32,000 nt of DNA from Candidatus Scalindua sp. (GCA_031316235.1 JALDRA010000001.1:690001-722000); one strand, 5' to 3'. Shown: positions 1 to 9,707, numbered from the stretch's first letter. Translations and numbers: made by a program. The notes: a model not told the origin generated them from the letters alone.

Positions 1-1362
1 TGCCTGTTTTACCTGATTTCTATCGAGAAATATTTCCGGCATAACTTTCCCATACTCCTCTTTCAGCACGATACTCCTCTGGGCCATTTCCTCTTTATGA
101 AATTTGGTCAGATCACTGAGTAGATCATTTATAGAGGTCCCATTTAGTTCCAGTTTCGGGAATCGAGCTGACCTGAGATACTCCTCGCTGATTTCGGTCA
201 GTCTTTCCACTTCCTCAAGAATAGATTGAATCAGCTCCTCAGCCTCGTCTGTTTTACTTTCCTTGTAACTCGAAATTTCATCATGCAGCAACTCGGCATT
301 TAAACTGATTGAGCTTAAAGGGTTTCGTATTTCATGAGCAATTTTAGCAGACATTTCACCAATTGTCGCTAAACGTTTTGCATGAAAAAGCTTATTTTCC
401 AATTTCTTCCTCTCAGAGATATCATGGCTGGTCAAGACAGTTCCCCAGTATCTATCATCGTTATCAAATATGGCAGAATAGGTATTATATAAATAACCGC
501 CTTCCAGCTTTAACTCCTGATGCTGCGATGTTGGGCCACCGTCTTTAAACCCCTGAATGATCTTCCGTACTTCACCCCCCAAATAAGGAATATAACAATC
601 TTTTATCGATTTATCTATTATCTGATCTCTTTTCACATTCCATGTTTTTTCAATCTCACTATTGCACATGGTTATCTTATCATCTGCATCAATAAACACA
701 ACCCCCTCCGCCATATTCTCCAATGTCGATTTAATCTCAAAAAACACCTCTCCCCGACTCTTCTTCAACCTGTCCATTATCGAAGTAACAAAATAGACAG
801 AGATAAAGATTGTACTTGAAATCGCAAAAAACATACCCAGAATATAAACTTCATAATGCCACAATTCATTGTCAAATGAAACAGTAGAGGAAATCTTTAA
901 CGATTGATGAGGAATTATTGAATAATATTCCAAGGCAAGCATTAATGCTAAAAGAGATGAAGCAAAAGCAGCCTGTAAATAACTATACCTCTTTTCAAGG
1001 ATTATGGCCGCAATTATTACGTGAAACAGACTGTATAAGATAAATGGGTTCCAGGCCCCGCCGGCAAAATAGATGAGACTCATTAATGAAAAGAGGTCCC
1101 ACATGATCTGAACACCGGCACACCTCTGTACTGACGCATAACTCTTTGTCTGCATCACTCTCGCATAGGACATAAAAATTAGATTAAATATCACCAGGAG
1201 AATGCCAATTACATAAAGCGGAGCAACCCATGTCACAATATTAAAGACGTTACTGGCTGCATATGAAGTAATAAACAGCCCCATAATGGCAATCCACCGT
1301 AACCGGATGAGCCATTGTATACGTTCAATGAGTTCTGTTTTGATTACCGTTTCTTTGAACAC
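1..1362 (-). CDS. Sensor histidine kinase (membrane N-terminus, PAS-like region, HisKA H-box); C-terminal part runs off the window
   Basis: Not in the ORF track because it stays open to base 1. Hand translation of the minus strand from GTG at 1362 gives 454 uninterrupted codons. It shows hydrophobic helices (WIAIMGLFITSYAAS, LYVIGILLVIFNLIF), a PAS-like MAEGVVFIDADDKITMCN and the H-box GEMSAKIAHEIRNPLSSI. Confidence 0.85.
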   Translation of the reverse strand, partial: MFKETVIKTELIERIQWLIRLRWIAIMGLFITSYAASNVFNIVTWVAPLYVIGILLVIFNLIFMSYARVMQTKSYASVQRCAGVQIMWDLFSLMSLIYFAGGAWNPFILYSLFHVIIAAIILEKRYSYLQAAFASSLLALMLALEYYSIIPHQSLKISSTVSFDNELWHYEVYILGMFFAISSTIFISVYFVTSIMDRLKKSRGEVFFEIKSTLENMAEGVVFIDADDKITMCNSEIEKTWNVKRDQIIDKSIKDCYIPYLGGEVRKIIQGFKDGGPTSQHQELKLEGGYLYNTYSAIFDNDDRYWGTVLTSHDISERKKLENKLFHAKRLATIGEMSAKIAHEIRNPLSSISLNAELLHDEISSYKESKTDEAEELIQSILEEVERLTEISEEYLRSARFPKLELNGTSINDLLSDLTKFHKEEMAQRSIVLKEEYGKVMPEIFLDRNQVKQA

Positions 1363-1438
1363 GTTAAATCAATCCCCCTTTAGGTCTCCCCTGCCATTTA
1401 TCCAGTGTTCCAGCGTGAACCCTTTTTCGGAACCGACA

Positions 1439-1476
1439 CTGCCGGGATACAGGGTGCACTGGTTTCGTAACCGGAA
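1439..1476 (-). promoter_or_regulatory. Copy 1 of a conserved 38-nt leader motif (ttccggttacgaaaccagtgcaccctgtatcccggcag), about 77 nt upstream of the kinase start
   Basis: Similar sequence at 3660-3697 (-) and 9628-9666 (+), each pointing at a downstream gene and each preceded by an AT-rich -10-like hexamer. Confidence 0.35.
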
Positions 1477-1619
1477 TGAACATATTTACTTTATAGTTAA
1501 GTGGTTACTGCTGCTCAGCAGATGATTAGTTTTCATTCACCTGCTATCAGTCTGGAGGAATAACCGTTGCCACTTAGCATGAAAAAAAGATAACCCGGTT
1601 ACTATGGTACGCAGATAAA

Positions 1620-1670
1620 CCAACTACCTGGTTAGCCCGCCGCCAAGGTACGGCACCATCCAGGTAGTGG
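1620..1670 (-). terminator. Candidate hairpin terminator downstream of the rubrerythrin-like gene
   Basis: Arms ccaactacctgg / ccaggtagtgg (one bulge) enclose a GC-rich loop. The hairpin is followed on the minus strand by ttta. Confidence 0.3.
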
Positions 1671-1694
1671 ACTCTTCAATGTTATATGATCATC

Positions 1695-2114
1695 TTAGAA
1701 ATATCTTTTCAATAACCCTTCAAGAGCTCGTGCATGCCGACCCTCGTCTCTTGAAGATTCATCAAAGAAGGCGCTCGCTTCATCCAACCCAGCCTCTTTT
1801 GCCTTCTCAGAAGCAGCCTTTTTCCCCTTGTTTGCACCTTGTTCACCGGACAACATTTTTTCTATGTTCTCCTTTGTTGATTCGCTTATCTTCCCATTAA
1901 GTTCAGCAAAGCGGGCGGCATGCCACGCCTCATCCATTGCAATGGATTTCAGGACTTTTGCCGCCTCAGGATAGCCTTCCCTTTGTGCCTGCCGGGACAT
2001 TGCAAGGTAAAGACCCACTTCAGCAGTCTCACCTTGAAAGTTTGCATTCACTGCATCCTCTACCGGACTCCCCTTAGCACTCCCAATCTTATTCTCATTC
2101 ACTAATTCAGCCAT
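1695..2114 (-). CDS. Rubrerythrin/ferritin-like diiron protein (no rubredoxin domain)
   Basis: Two E...ExxH-type segments (ETAEVGLYL...DEAWHAARF and [18 protein letters not shown]). Start moved to MAELVNE, preceded by aggagaagg. Confidence 0.75.
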   Translation of the reverse strand: MAELVNENKIGSAKGSPVEDAVNANFQGETAEVGLYLAMSRQAQREGYPEAAKVLKSIAMDEAWHAARFAELNGKISESTKENIEKMLSGEQGANKGKKAASEKAKEAGLDEASAFFDESSRDEGRHARALEGLLKRYF

Positions 2115-2293
2115 ACACCTTCTCCTTTCCTGATTAAATACAGATTTACTTTTTAACAGCCGTATCACAATATAAAATTATAAATAATGCACGCCGGAAA
2201 GCAATAAGGAACTTTTGCAGAAAAGCCGCCCACAGGCGGATTCGCTTTACCATCATCGATACTCATACCAGGGATGTTATCAGATCTTGACAG

Positions 2294-2350
2294 AAAAAGC
2301 CTGACCATCAAAAAAAGTTCTTTTTACTCTTTTTGATGGTCAGGCTTTTT
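2294..2350. terminator. Bidirectional rho-independent terminator
   Basis: Perfect 16-bp arms gcctgaccatcaaaaa (2299-2314) and tttttgatggtcaggc (2330-2345), flanked by A5 and T5 runs. It lies directly downstream of the minus-strand ORF that ends at 2352. Confidence 0.7.
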
Positions 2351-2351
2351 G

Positions 2352-2519
2352 TTAGACATCAGGCAGAAACTTGGCGAGTTCCTGCTGCCATTCCCACGTT
2401 CGTGTCTTTATATCCTCAAATTCATCTGAATCTTCCAGTTTCTCCTCATTCTCTTCTAGAAAACAGTATACGTCTCCTAAAAAATCCTTAAGTTTACTCA
2501 CCTGATTTAAAATATCCAT
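2352..2519 (-). CDS. Small acidic hypothetical protein (55 aa)
   Basis: ORF track 2352..2579. Start moved to MDILNQ, preceded by aaaggagaaatc. A terminator follows immediately. Confidence 0.4.
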   Translation of the reverse strand: MDILNQVSKLKDFLGDVYCFLEENEEKLEDSDEFEDIKTRTWEWQQELAKFLPDV

Positions 2520-2609
2520 GATTTCTCCTTTTAATAAATTTATCATCTGTTCAAGGAAGTATGGGAGGTGCAGGATCATTTGAAGAAATGAGGCACCCTC
2601 CGGAACTCA

Positions 2610-3092
2610 CTACTTCTTCTCTTCTTCAGACCTGCAGTCCCAACCACTCCATATAGCCCAAAATACACACTTCTTTCCACTTTTCAGCCAGAAGACAGTT
2701 CCTTTTCTTGAGCGTTCGCAGCTCTGTTTTCCAAAAGTCCTCGTATGTTTCTCGACTATATGTTTTTCAAGATAGTAGTCTATCTGATGGAACTCAAATG
2801 GAGATTTGTCCATGACCTCCCACAACTCTATGTCCTCCATGGAAAGATCTTTTGCCTCGTATTTATCTTTTTCGACCGGTACAATATAGCTGATACGGTC
2901 TTCAACAGTTATCCACTCAGAATCCGGTGCATCAGGTTGAACCATTTGCGGGAGGTCATCTTTATCGAGATTGAATACATCCTGATGCTGTGCATATGCC
3001 ACAGTTCGTTCGGACATATCGATACTCCCGAGAAAAGTATTAACCATCATAACGAGGGCAAAAAAGAGAAAGATCTTAACCGAATGTATCAT
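2610..3092 (-). CDS. Hypothetical secreted protein (signal-peptide-like N-terminus)
   Basis: ORF track 2610..3203. The upstream 37 codons run into the MITE copy, so the start was moved to MIHSVKIFLFFALVMMVNTFLG. Confidence 0.5.
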   Translation of the reverse strand: MIHSVKIFLFFALVMMVNTFLGSIDMSERTVAYAQHQDVFNLDKDDLPQMVQPDAPDSEWITVEDRISYIVPVEKDKYEAKDLSMEDIELWEVMDKSPFEFHQIDYYLEKHIVEKHTRTFGKQSCERSRKGTVFWLKSGKKCVFWAIWSGWDCRSEEEKK

Positions 3093-3133
3093 AAAAACCC
3101 CTTTCATTAATATAAACTTCGAAATCTTTAGAA

Positions 3134-3274
3134 TATACTGAAACCGATTTGTTTTTAGCTTTTTCAAAAAAACCAAATCCTGGTTAATGGTATCCCCGGA
3201 CAAAAGGTGCCGGGGACTTTACCCGCTCCGTTATCTCTCGGATTCTATCCGAAAACCATTATAAGATGAGTATA
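3134..3274 (+). repeat. MITE-like structured repeat, family 1, copy A
   Basis: tatactgaaaccgatttg...ataagatgagtata. Aligns along its full length with copies at 5585-5722, 7620-7751 and 30789-30957. Confidence 0.8.
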
Positions 3275-3371
3275 GAGACATAATCATCAATTTCACAAAG
3301 CTGCTTCCTGCTTATTATACAGCGAACAGGCCGATAGTGAAATAGTAAAAATCAGAGACAGGGCTTGCAAA

Positions 3372-3482
3372 TATACTCATCTTACAATGGTTTCGGATAA
3401 AATCCGAGATAAAATTGAGCGAGTATACCTTCACCAAGATTTGGTTTCCGGTAAAACCGAAAACCAAATCGGTTTTAGTATA
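3372..3482 (-). repeat. MITE-like repeat, family 1, copy B (short variant lacking the central hairpin)
   Basis: Its reverse complement reads tatactaaaaccgatttggttttcggttttaccggaaaccaaatcttggtgaagg..gatgagtata. It is inverted relative to copy A, 97 bp away. Confidence 0.8.
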
Positions 3483-3659
3483 AAACACCCGGGTATCGAT
3501 CCTGCGAGCCCGCGCATCCAGTCGCCTCAAGGCTCAGCACCCGCTTGTACCGGCACCTCTGCCCGTCCAGATGAATCCTTCAGACAGTTTGCACCAGACA
3601 TGATTCTGAAATGCCCACGCATGAATCCCGGCAAACCCTCATTAGCGGTTGTACAAAAA

Positions 3660-3697
3660 CTGCCCCGATACAAGGTACGCTGATTTCACAACCGGAA
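3660..3697 (-). promoter_or_regulatory. Copy 2 of the conserved leader motif
   Basis: Reverse complement ttccggttgtgaaatcagcgtaccttgtatcggggcag matches copy 1 at 29 of 38 positions. It is preceded on the minus strand by caagTATAATaagaag. Confidence 0.35.
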
Positions 3698-3767
3698 CTT
3701 CTTATTATACTTGAAAATTACAGAATTATTACCGTGAAGAGCAGCCAGGCAGGTTTTCGTTCAACCG

Positions 3768-5300
3768 CTAATTCAAAGCGCCTATCCTCTTCTCTACCGC
3801 GGATAGTAGCAAGCCATCCCGTAATAATTTGTGCATCTTATCAATATCCTCAGAGAGTATCCTATCCTCCTCCAGGTGCGTAATATGTTCCCTGATTACC
3901 GAGTACGCCTCTTTTGTTCCTGCCCCTGCCTTAAGATTGGTAAACAGATCCATGGCCTGTGCAGCACATAATAATTCAATAGCAATCACGTTCTCAACAT
4001 TAAACAATACCTGTTTGCACTTTCTTGCTGCAATACTCCCCATGCTCACGTGATCTTCCTTGTTGGCTGAGGTCGGAATTGAATCAACGCTGGCTGGATG
4101 TGACAAGATCTTATTTTCTGATACGAGGGCGGCAGCCGTATACTGGGCAATCATCATACCGGAATTTAATCCCGCATCCTTAACCAGAAATGCCGGCAAC
4201 CCGCTTAAGAGCGGATTTACGAGCCTTTCTATTCTTCTCTCAGAAATATTGGCTATCTCCGAAAGAGCAATCGTGAGAAAATCCATGGCAAGGGCAACTG
4301 GCTGACCATGAAAATTACCCCCGTTATTAAATATCTCACCTGTTTCCGCAAAAATTAACGGATTCCCTGTAGCAGAGTTTATTTCCGTTCCCACCACGTT
4401 TTTTACAAACTCTAACGCGTCTTTAGATGCACCGTGCACTTGAGGGCAACACCGTATCGAATAGGCGTCCTGCACCCTCGTACAATCTCGATGGGAAGAA
4501 ATTATCTCACTGTCACCTGTGAGCCTTCTTAAATTTTCCGCACTTAAAAGCTGTCCATTATGAGGCCTTACCGCATGAATCTTTTCATTCAGCTCAATGT
4601 TTGAGCCCAGGAGGACCTCAAGACTCATGCCGGCAGCTATGTCTGCTGTCTTCAATAATCTCACCGCATCATATACCGTGAGAGCACCACTGCCCGTCAT
4701 TACCTGGGTACCATTTACCAATGACAACCCTTCGCCTGCATCAAGTTCAACAAGGGGAATGCCCGCCGCTCTCATGGCCTGCTTTCCCGACAGCAGCTTC
4801 CCTTTATATACGGCCTTCCCCTCACCTATCAGGACGAGTGCCACATGCGCCAGGGGAGCAAGATCACCGCTTGCCCCTACCGAGCCTTTTTCCGGAACAA
4901 GAGGATGAACACCCTTGTTCAGCATATCAACCAGGGTCTTAACCGTGTGAAACTGTATGACCGAGTGCCCTTGAGCAAGCCCATGAATCCGTAAGAGCAT
5001 TATTGCGCGAACCGTCTCTTCCTCAAATGAATCACCGACACCTGCAGAATGGCTGAGTATGATGTTTTTCTGAAGCTGTCTTCTCTGCTCTACAGAGATA
5101 AAGACATTGCTCAAAGCTCCAAAACCCGTCGTTACGCCATAGACCTCCTGTTTATCCTTAATGGTACTCTTGATTATTTTCTGAACCGCCGTTATCCTGG
5201 CTCTCACCACTTTGTCAAGGCTCACCCCGGCATTTTCCCGGGCGACACGCACTACATCGGCAATCGTAAGATCTACACCATTTACCATCACACTCTTCAT
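3768..5300 (-). CDS. hutH: Histidine ammonia-lyase family (MIO-dependent aromatic amino-acid lyase)
   Basis: MIO-forming motif GSVGASGDLAPLAH. LSHSAGVG has the Ser-His pair typical of HAL rather than PAL/TAL. Start moved to MKSVMVNG. Confidence 0.8.
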   Translation of the reverse strand: MKSVMVNGVDLTIADVVRVARENAGVSLDKVVRARITAVQKIIKSTIKDKQEVYGVTTGFGALSNVFISVEQRRQLQKNIILSHSAGVGDSFEEETVRAIMLLRIHGLAQGHSVIQFHTVKTLVDMLNKGVHPLVPEKGSVGASGDLAPLAHVALVLIGEGKAVYKGKLLSGKQAMRAAGIPLVELDAGEGLSLVNGTQVMTGSGALTVYDAVRLLKTADIAAGMSLEVLLGSNIELNEKIHAVRPHNGQLLSAENLRRLTGDSEIISSHRDCTRVQDAYSIRCCPQVHGASKDALEFVKNVVGTEINSATGNPLIFAETGEIFNNGGNFHGQPVALAMDFLTIALSEIANISERRIERLVNPLLSGLPAFLVKDAGLNSGMMIAQYTAAALVSENKILSHPASVDSIPTSANKEDHVSMGSIAARKCKQVLFNVENVIAIELLCAAQAMDLFTNLKAGAGTKEAYSVIREHITHLEEDRILSEDIDKMHKLLRDGLLLSAVEKRIGALN

Positions 5301-5584
5301 AGGACTCTCAACAATAACCAAGGGGAAAAGAGCCGGGAGATCCAGAACCCTTACCCGGATCATGATACTTATCGCTGATATGGGGGAACGATTACCCGTA
5401 TCACTATACCCATATTGCCATGATAAACATCAGTCCCTCATATTCTCTGAATATGGTGCCTGCACGGTCACCAGGCCTCTGTAAAAATAGTGCCACACTA
5501 TATTAAGTATTTAAACAGGTCTGTCAATAAAAAGTCACCGATTTATCACCGTTTACCGTCTATCGTATTAACTTTACCGATAAT

Positions 5585-5722
5585 TAAACTCATCTTATAA
5601 TGGTTTTCGGATAGAATCCGAGAGATAACGGAGCGGGTAAGGTCCTCGGCGCCTTGTCCGGGGATACCATTAACCAGGATTTGGTTGCCGGTAAAACCGA
5701 AAACCAGATCGGTTTTAGTATA
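5585..5722 (-). repeat. MITE-like repeat, family 1, copy C
   Basis: Its reverse complement is near-identical to copy A (same subfamily: cctggttaatgg...ccgctccgttatctctcggattctatccgaaaaccattataagatgag). One terminal hexamer is taaact instead of tatact. Confidence 0.8.
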
Positions 5723-5933
5723 CCCATTGCAGATTGATTTCTGGAATACCAGCTACAGGATTGCACGGCCATTGACAAATAGTACACCTGACGTATAATG
5801 AATCACCGGTACATAACAGATTTATAGAAAATTTCTTTATGGGATAAGCTTTTTTCAGTTCATCCTGCAACCGTAAACCATAGTGGTTCCATCGGATCGT
5901 AGCAGCCGCTTACCCATCTATGGGAGGAGAGCA

Positions 5934-6350
5934 ATGTATCACCAGAAATGTATACTGAAAGATAAGGTTCCAGCTGTAAATTCCCGAATAAAAGAAAACC
6001 CGGAATTTGTCACTGCTGCATTGAGGGGTCTCTGCATTACCATAGTGGCACTCTTCAGTCTGTACTGCATCAAATCATCATCTGCCGCGAGCCAGGCAGA
6101 AATAAAAATTCTCCATGTTAACAGCCATCTCATTGATTGCGTTGGTGCAGGACCTCGTAAGTGCATGCAGATAAGAGAAAGCAGATATGATGAATGGCAC
6201 CCCTTCTATGATGAAATTGAAGGATTTACCTTTGAGGAAGGATATCTCTATCAAATAATAGTCTCGATAACTGATGTTGAAGATCCGCCTGCCGATGGCT
6301 CGTCGAAAGCGTATAAGCTCTTAGCAATAGTTTCCAGGCAAAAAGTCTAA
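5934..6350 (+). CDS. DUF4377-like protein with hydrophobic N-terminal segment
   Basis: C-terminal pattern CVGAGPRKCMQIRE..WHPFYDEIEGFTFEEGYLYQIIV...DPPADGSSKAYKLL resembles DUF4377, recalled from memory. ATG at 5934 follows gggaggag. Confidence 0.55.
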   Translation: MYHQKCILKDKVPAVNSRIKENPEFVTAALRGLCITIVALFSLYCIKSSSAASQAEIKILHVNSHLIDCVGAGPRKCMQIRESRYDEWHPFYDEIEGFTFEEGYLYQIIVSITDVEDPPADGSSKAYKLLAIVSRQKV

Positions 6351-6514
6351 ATTTAATGTGTTTGATGTCGATCATTAATCTCGGGAAGAAGCAGATTGAA
6401 AATTTGATACGGTTTTACTCTTTCGCACAGGACACCAAAGATTAACATTGTAATTGCTATTCAAGCAATCGGTGATATATACTAAAAACGATTTTTTACT
6501 GTAAAGGAAGGTTT

Positions 6515-7483
6515 ATGAAACAAATACTCTTAACGGGTTCTGCTGGATTTATTGGTTGGAAAACGGCAGAAACCTTATTGAAAAAAAAATATGGCGTCAT
6601 AGGTATTGATAATCTAAACGACTATTATGATATTAAGTTAAAGCAGTTCAGACTGAAAGAGTTAAAAAAATACAGTAACTTTACCTTCTATAAGTCAGAT
6701 ATAGAAAACAAGGCCTCATTAAAACGTATTTTTAATAAGCACAAAATTGAAGCGGTCATCAACCTGGCTGCCCGTGCCGGTGTCCGCTACAGTCTGGAAA
6801 ACCCCAGCATCTATTTCACAACAAACTCACTGGGGACACTCAATCTCCTGGAATCATGCAGAGAGTGTGATATCAAAAAGTTTGTCCTGGCCTCAACCTC
6901 TTCCCTGTATGCAGGCCAGAAGATGCCCTTTAACGAAACATTGCCCGTTAACACCCCTATTTCCCCCTATGCAGCAAGTAAGAAAGCGGCAGAAGTTACC
7001 TGCTACACCTACCATTACCTCTATAAAACAGATGTAACAATATTGCGCTACTTTACCGTTTACGGACCAGCGGGAAGACCGGACATGAGTGTGTTCCGTT
7101 TTATCAAATGGATTGATGAAGGAAAACCAATTGAACTTTTCGGGGATGGCAGCCAGAGCCGTGATTTCACGTATGTCGATGACATTGCAAACGGCACGGT
7201 GAAGGCCCTCAGAAAAGTAGGATTTGAGATTATTAACCTGGGAGGAAATGAGCCGTACAAACTGAACTATGCCATCAACCTTATTGAACAATATCTTGGC
7301 AAAAAGAAAAAAGTGAAACGGTTCAAATTCCACAAAGCAGATTTAAAGGCTACCTGGGCGGATATCTCCAAGGCAAAGAAAATCTTAAAATGGGAGCCAA
7401 CCGTCAGTCTGGACGAAGGTATCAGGAGATCAGTCGAGTGGTATCTGTCAAATAAAAAGTGGCTTGAGAAGGTAACGTTGTGA
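6515..7483 (+). CDS. NAD-dependent sugar-nucleotide epimerase/dehydratase (extended SDR, UDP-glucuronate/glucose 4-epimerase-like)
   Basis: GSAGFIGW Rossmann motif and YAASK catalytic motif. Intact over the full 322 aa. Confidence 0.9.
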   Translation: MKQILLTGSAGFIGWKTAETLLKKKYGVIGIDNLNDYYDIKLKQFRLKELKKYSNFTFYKSDIENKASLKRIFNKHKIEAVINLAARAGVRYSLENPSIYFTTNSLGTLNLLESCRECDIKKFVLASTSSLYAGQKMPFNETLPVNTPISPYAASKKAAEVTCYTYHYLYKTDVTILRYFTVYGPAGRPDMSVFRFIKWIDEGKPIELFGDGSQSRDFTYVDDIANGTVKALRKVGFEIINLGGNEPYKLNYAINLIEQYLGKKKKVKRFKFHKADLKATWADISKAKKILKWEPTVSLDEGIRRSVEWYLSNKKWLEKVTL

Positions 7484-7619
7484 TCCAGGTGGCTGCCCAT
7501 TCATCAAACGGTCAAAGTTGTCTCTTTCCCTGATTTAATGGATGAAGAGTTGATATGTTCTCGTTCATGGTAAGCATGGCAGAGACTGAGATTATAAAGG
7601 GCTGCCCCCCCTCACAATA

Positions 7620-7751
7620 TATACTGAAACCGATTTGGTTTTTCTGAAAAACAAATCTTGGTGAAGGTATCCCCGGACAAAAAGCGCCGAGGACTTTACT
7701 CGCTCCGCTTTTACTCGGATTTTATCCGAAAACTATTATGAAATGAGTATA
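7620..7751 (+). repeat. MITE-like repeat, family 1, copy D
   Basis: tatactgaaaccgatttggttttt...ggtatccccggacaaaaagcgccgaggactttactcgctc...aaatgagtata. Lies between convergent genes. Confidence 0.8.
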
Positions 7752-7848
7752 TGATCAGCAGACAGGTACGGAGAACGGATACAAAACAGATATTCCCGCG
7801 GACACCGAGCGCCAGATTACGAAGGAACTTTTCTGGCTTCAATAAGGT

Positions 7849-8451
7849 TCAAGCCGAAGCAGCTGAACAGGCCAGGTTATCACTCCCTAACCTCAGTTTT
7901 TTATGGAGAATCTGCATGATTACGTGTGATACTATGAGATGGACATCTTCCACCTTTTGCATGTCATGTACCGGAGCAACAAACGAAAACCTTGCAATCC
8001 TGGCAATCTCCCCTCCGTCAAAACCAGACAAGGCTATTGTTGTCACACCTCGTTCGTTTGCGTATTGAATCGCCCGAATCACGTTTTTTGAGTTGCCGCT
8101 TCCGGAAACACCGATAACAACGTCGCCCTCATTCATGAAATTTTTCAACTGCTCTACAAATATTTCTTCATACGAACAATCATTTGCATATGCAAGCATG
8201 GTAGGAATATTATCACTCAGGCTGATAACCTTGAACCGTTTCTCCAGGCCAAGCGAAACTCCCTTATTGATATCGCAGGCAAAATGAGAGGCTGTAGAAC
8301 CGCTTCCTCCATTCCCCATGATAAATATCTGTTTCTCTGCTTCATACGCCGCAAGGAGAGAGTGAACAATCTCCTCCACATTTTCAAGATTACTCTCTCT
8401 CAATGTATCCTGAAGATCATTCATATATTTCAAGGTAAACTCTTTTATCAT
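7849..8451 (-). CDS. gmhA: SIS-domain phosphoheptose isomerase (D-sedoheptulose-7-phosphate isomerase)
   Basis: IFIMGNGGSGSTASHFACD and VVIGVSGSGNSKNV motifs. Start moved to MIKEF after aagggggg. Confidence 0.8.
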   Translation of the reverse strand: MIKEFTLKYMNDLQDTLRESNLENVEEIVHSLLAAYEAEKQIFIMGNGGSGSTASHFACDINKGVSLGLEKRFKVISLSDNIPTMLAYANDCSYEEIFVEQLKNFMNEGDVVIGVSGSGNSKNVIRAIQYANERGVTTIALSGFDGGEIARIARFSFVAPVHDMQKVEDVHLIVSHVIMQILHKKLRLGSDNLACSAASA

Positions 8452-8641
8452 AATCCCCCCTTTCAATTTTCCATCGAGTCAGCGCTTCGTGTCTGTGCGC
8501 ACAGACAGGTACCACTCTTTCAGAATTACTACTTTGTCCCCGCCGGAAAGATTGCCCACCCTCATGAATCCATTCGCCCTGGTGAGCCAGGTTCAGCACA
8601 AGCCTGGATATGCGTTTCAGCGGGCAATGCTTACGGTTTAA

Positions 8642-9130
8642 TCAGATTGGCTCAACATCAGAAATCAAGATCTCAGCAGCGGTACCCTTTTGCATCAAGT
8701 CAATACTTATCACAATCTTATAATTACCTTTCTTTTCAACGAGGATACCTTCAACGCCTTTCAGAGGTCCCGCCTTCACCCTGACGCGTGTTCCTTTCTG
8801 CAGATACGGATATGGGTCTAATTTTACCTTGCTCTCCAGGAGGACCTTGATATCCATCACCTGTTTATCAGGCACGGGCGTAGGCTTATCTATGTCGCTG
8901 CCAAGTATTTTTGTCACCCCTCTCGTATATTTAACATCGCTTAGCTGCTCCTGGTTGACATGCGCAAACAGATAGCCGGGAAAAAGCGGTAAGTCGACAT
9001 ACTTTTTCCGATCCTTCCTTCGGCTCAGCATATTAATAAGGGGGAGAAATGATTCTACACCTTTTTCTGTTAAAAATGCGTCTACCTGTTTTTCGTGCCG
9101 GGAACGAGTGTGTACTGCATACCATTTCAT
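8642..9130 (-). CDS. NusG/RfaH-family transcription antiterminator paralog
   Basis: N-terminal MKWYAVHTRSRHEKQV (NGN) and C-terminal KOW-like GTRVRVKAGPLKGVEGILVE. An alternative start at 9148 is possible. Confidence 0.8.
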   Translation of the reverse strand: MKWYAVHTRSRHEKQVDAFLTEKGVESFLPLINMLSRRKDRKKYVDLPLFPGYLFAHVNQEQLSDVKYTRGVTKILGSDIDKPTPVPDKQVMDIKVLLESKVKLDPYPYLQKGTRVRVKAGPLKGVEGILVEKKGNYKIVISIDLMQKGTAAEILISDVEPI

Positions 9131-9627
9131 ATCCTCCATAAGTGGCATATATTACAGCCCTGAGTAGAATTGGTCAAGTTTTTAAAACGTTCCTTTTACC
9201 CGATCGGGAAAAGAGACGAAGAACACAAATGGGATAATCCTTTCAATAACAAGACGTTAAGGCCCTGTTCCTCTCTGAAAAAGAGAAACAAAGCTTTGCG
9301 GTCCGCTCCCGAAGCATCTATCCACCTGGCTGTATGAAAATTATTCTCTGCATTTAACTATGACACAACTTGAGCTTTTTTTACAAAAATTACTGTATCC
9401 CCCCTCCCCTGCAATGAGGGAATGATCATTGCGAATGGGTGGCATGTATGTTACGTACCGGATGGTAGCGGTTTACACGTAACCACTGCAAAAAAAATTA
9501 CACTATATAACTTTAAAAAACTCTCAATTCAGGTATAATGCATATTATTTCTGTACTGGCTGGACGAAAACTACCCGTTTACCGTGATGATTTTAAAAAA
9601 TCCCTAATCCTCAAGTACATTTTTACG

Positions 9628-9666
9628 TTCCGGTTACGAAATCAGCGTGCCCTGTGTATCTGATGA
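9628..9666 (+). promoter_or_regulatory. Copy 3 of the conserved leader motif, about 95 nt upstream of the 9759 start
   Basis: ttccggttacgaaatcagcgtgccctgtgtatctgatgag. The downstream ggttcaaccaaaaggttt also parallels copy 1 (ggttccgaaaaagggtt). Confidence 0.35.
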
Positions 9667-9707
9667 GTTCAGGTTCAACCAAAAGGTTTCCCCGTTCATG
9701 AACGGAC

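Noticed and set aside
363-819. Plus-strand ORFs 363..548 and 520..819, and also 1286..1525
   Set aside because: They are antisense to the uninterrupted 454-codon histidine-kinase frame on the minus strand.
3315-3883. ORFs 3315..3530(-), 3387..3683(+) and 3611..3883(+), and also 5590..5787(-)
   Set aside because: They run through family-1 MITE copies or the leader region. The same pseudo-peptides would recur wherever the repeat occurs, and no RBS or motif is present.
3829-5484. Plus-strand ORFs 3829..4053, 4060..4305, 4597..4908, 4721..4942, 5049..5378 and 5212..5484
   Set aside because: All are antisense to, or overlap, the strongly supported ammonia-lyase gene. Their composition is biased (S/P/A/R-rich) and they carry no motifs.
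6747-8068. ORFs 6747..7037(+), 6893..7333(-), 7060..7260(-), 7267..7500(-), 7751..8068(+), 8093..8287(+), 8284..8784(+) and 8417..8599(-)
   Set aside because: They are alternative-frame or antisense ORFs inside the epimerase, gmhA and NusG-paralog genes or their spacers, with no independent support.
9660-9667. CTGATGAG with a nearby CGAAA, which suggested a hammerhead ribozyme core
   Set aside because: Only 18 nt separate GAAA from CUGAUGA, too few for the required helices in any permutation. The CUGAUGAG is also absent from the other two motif copies.
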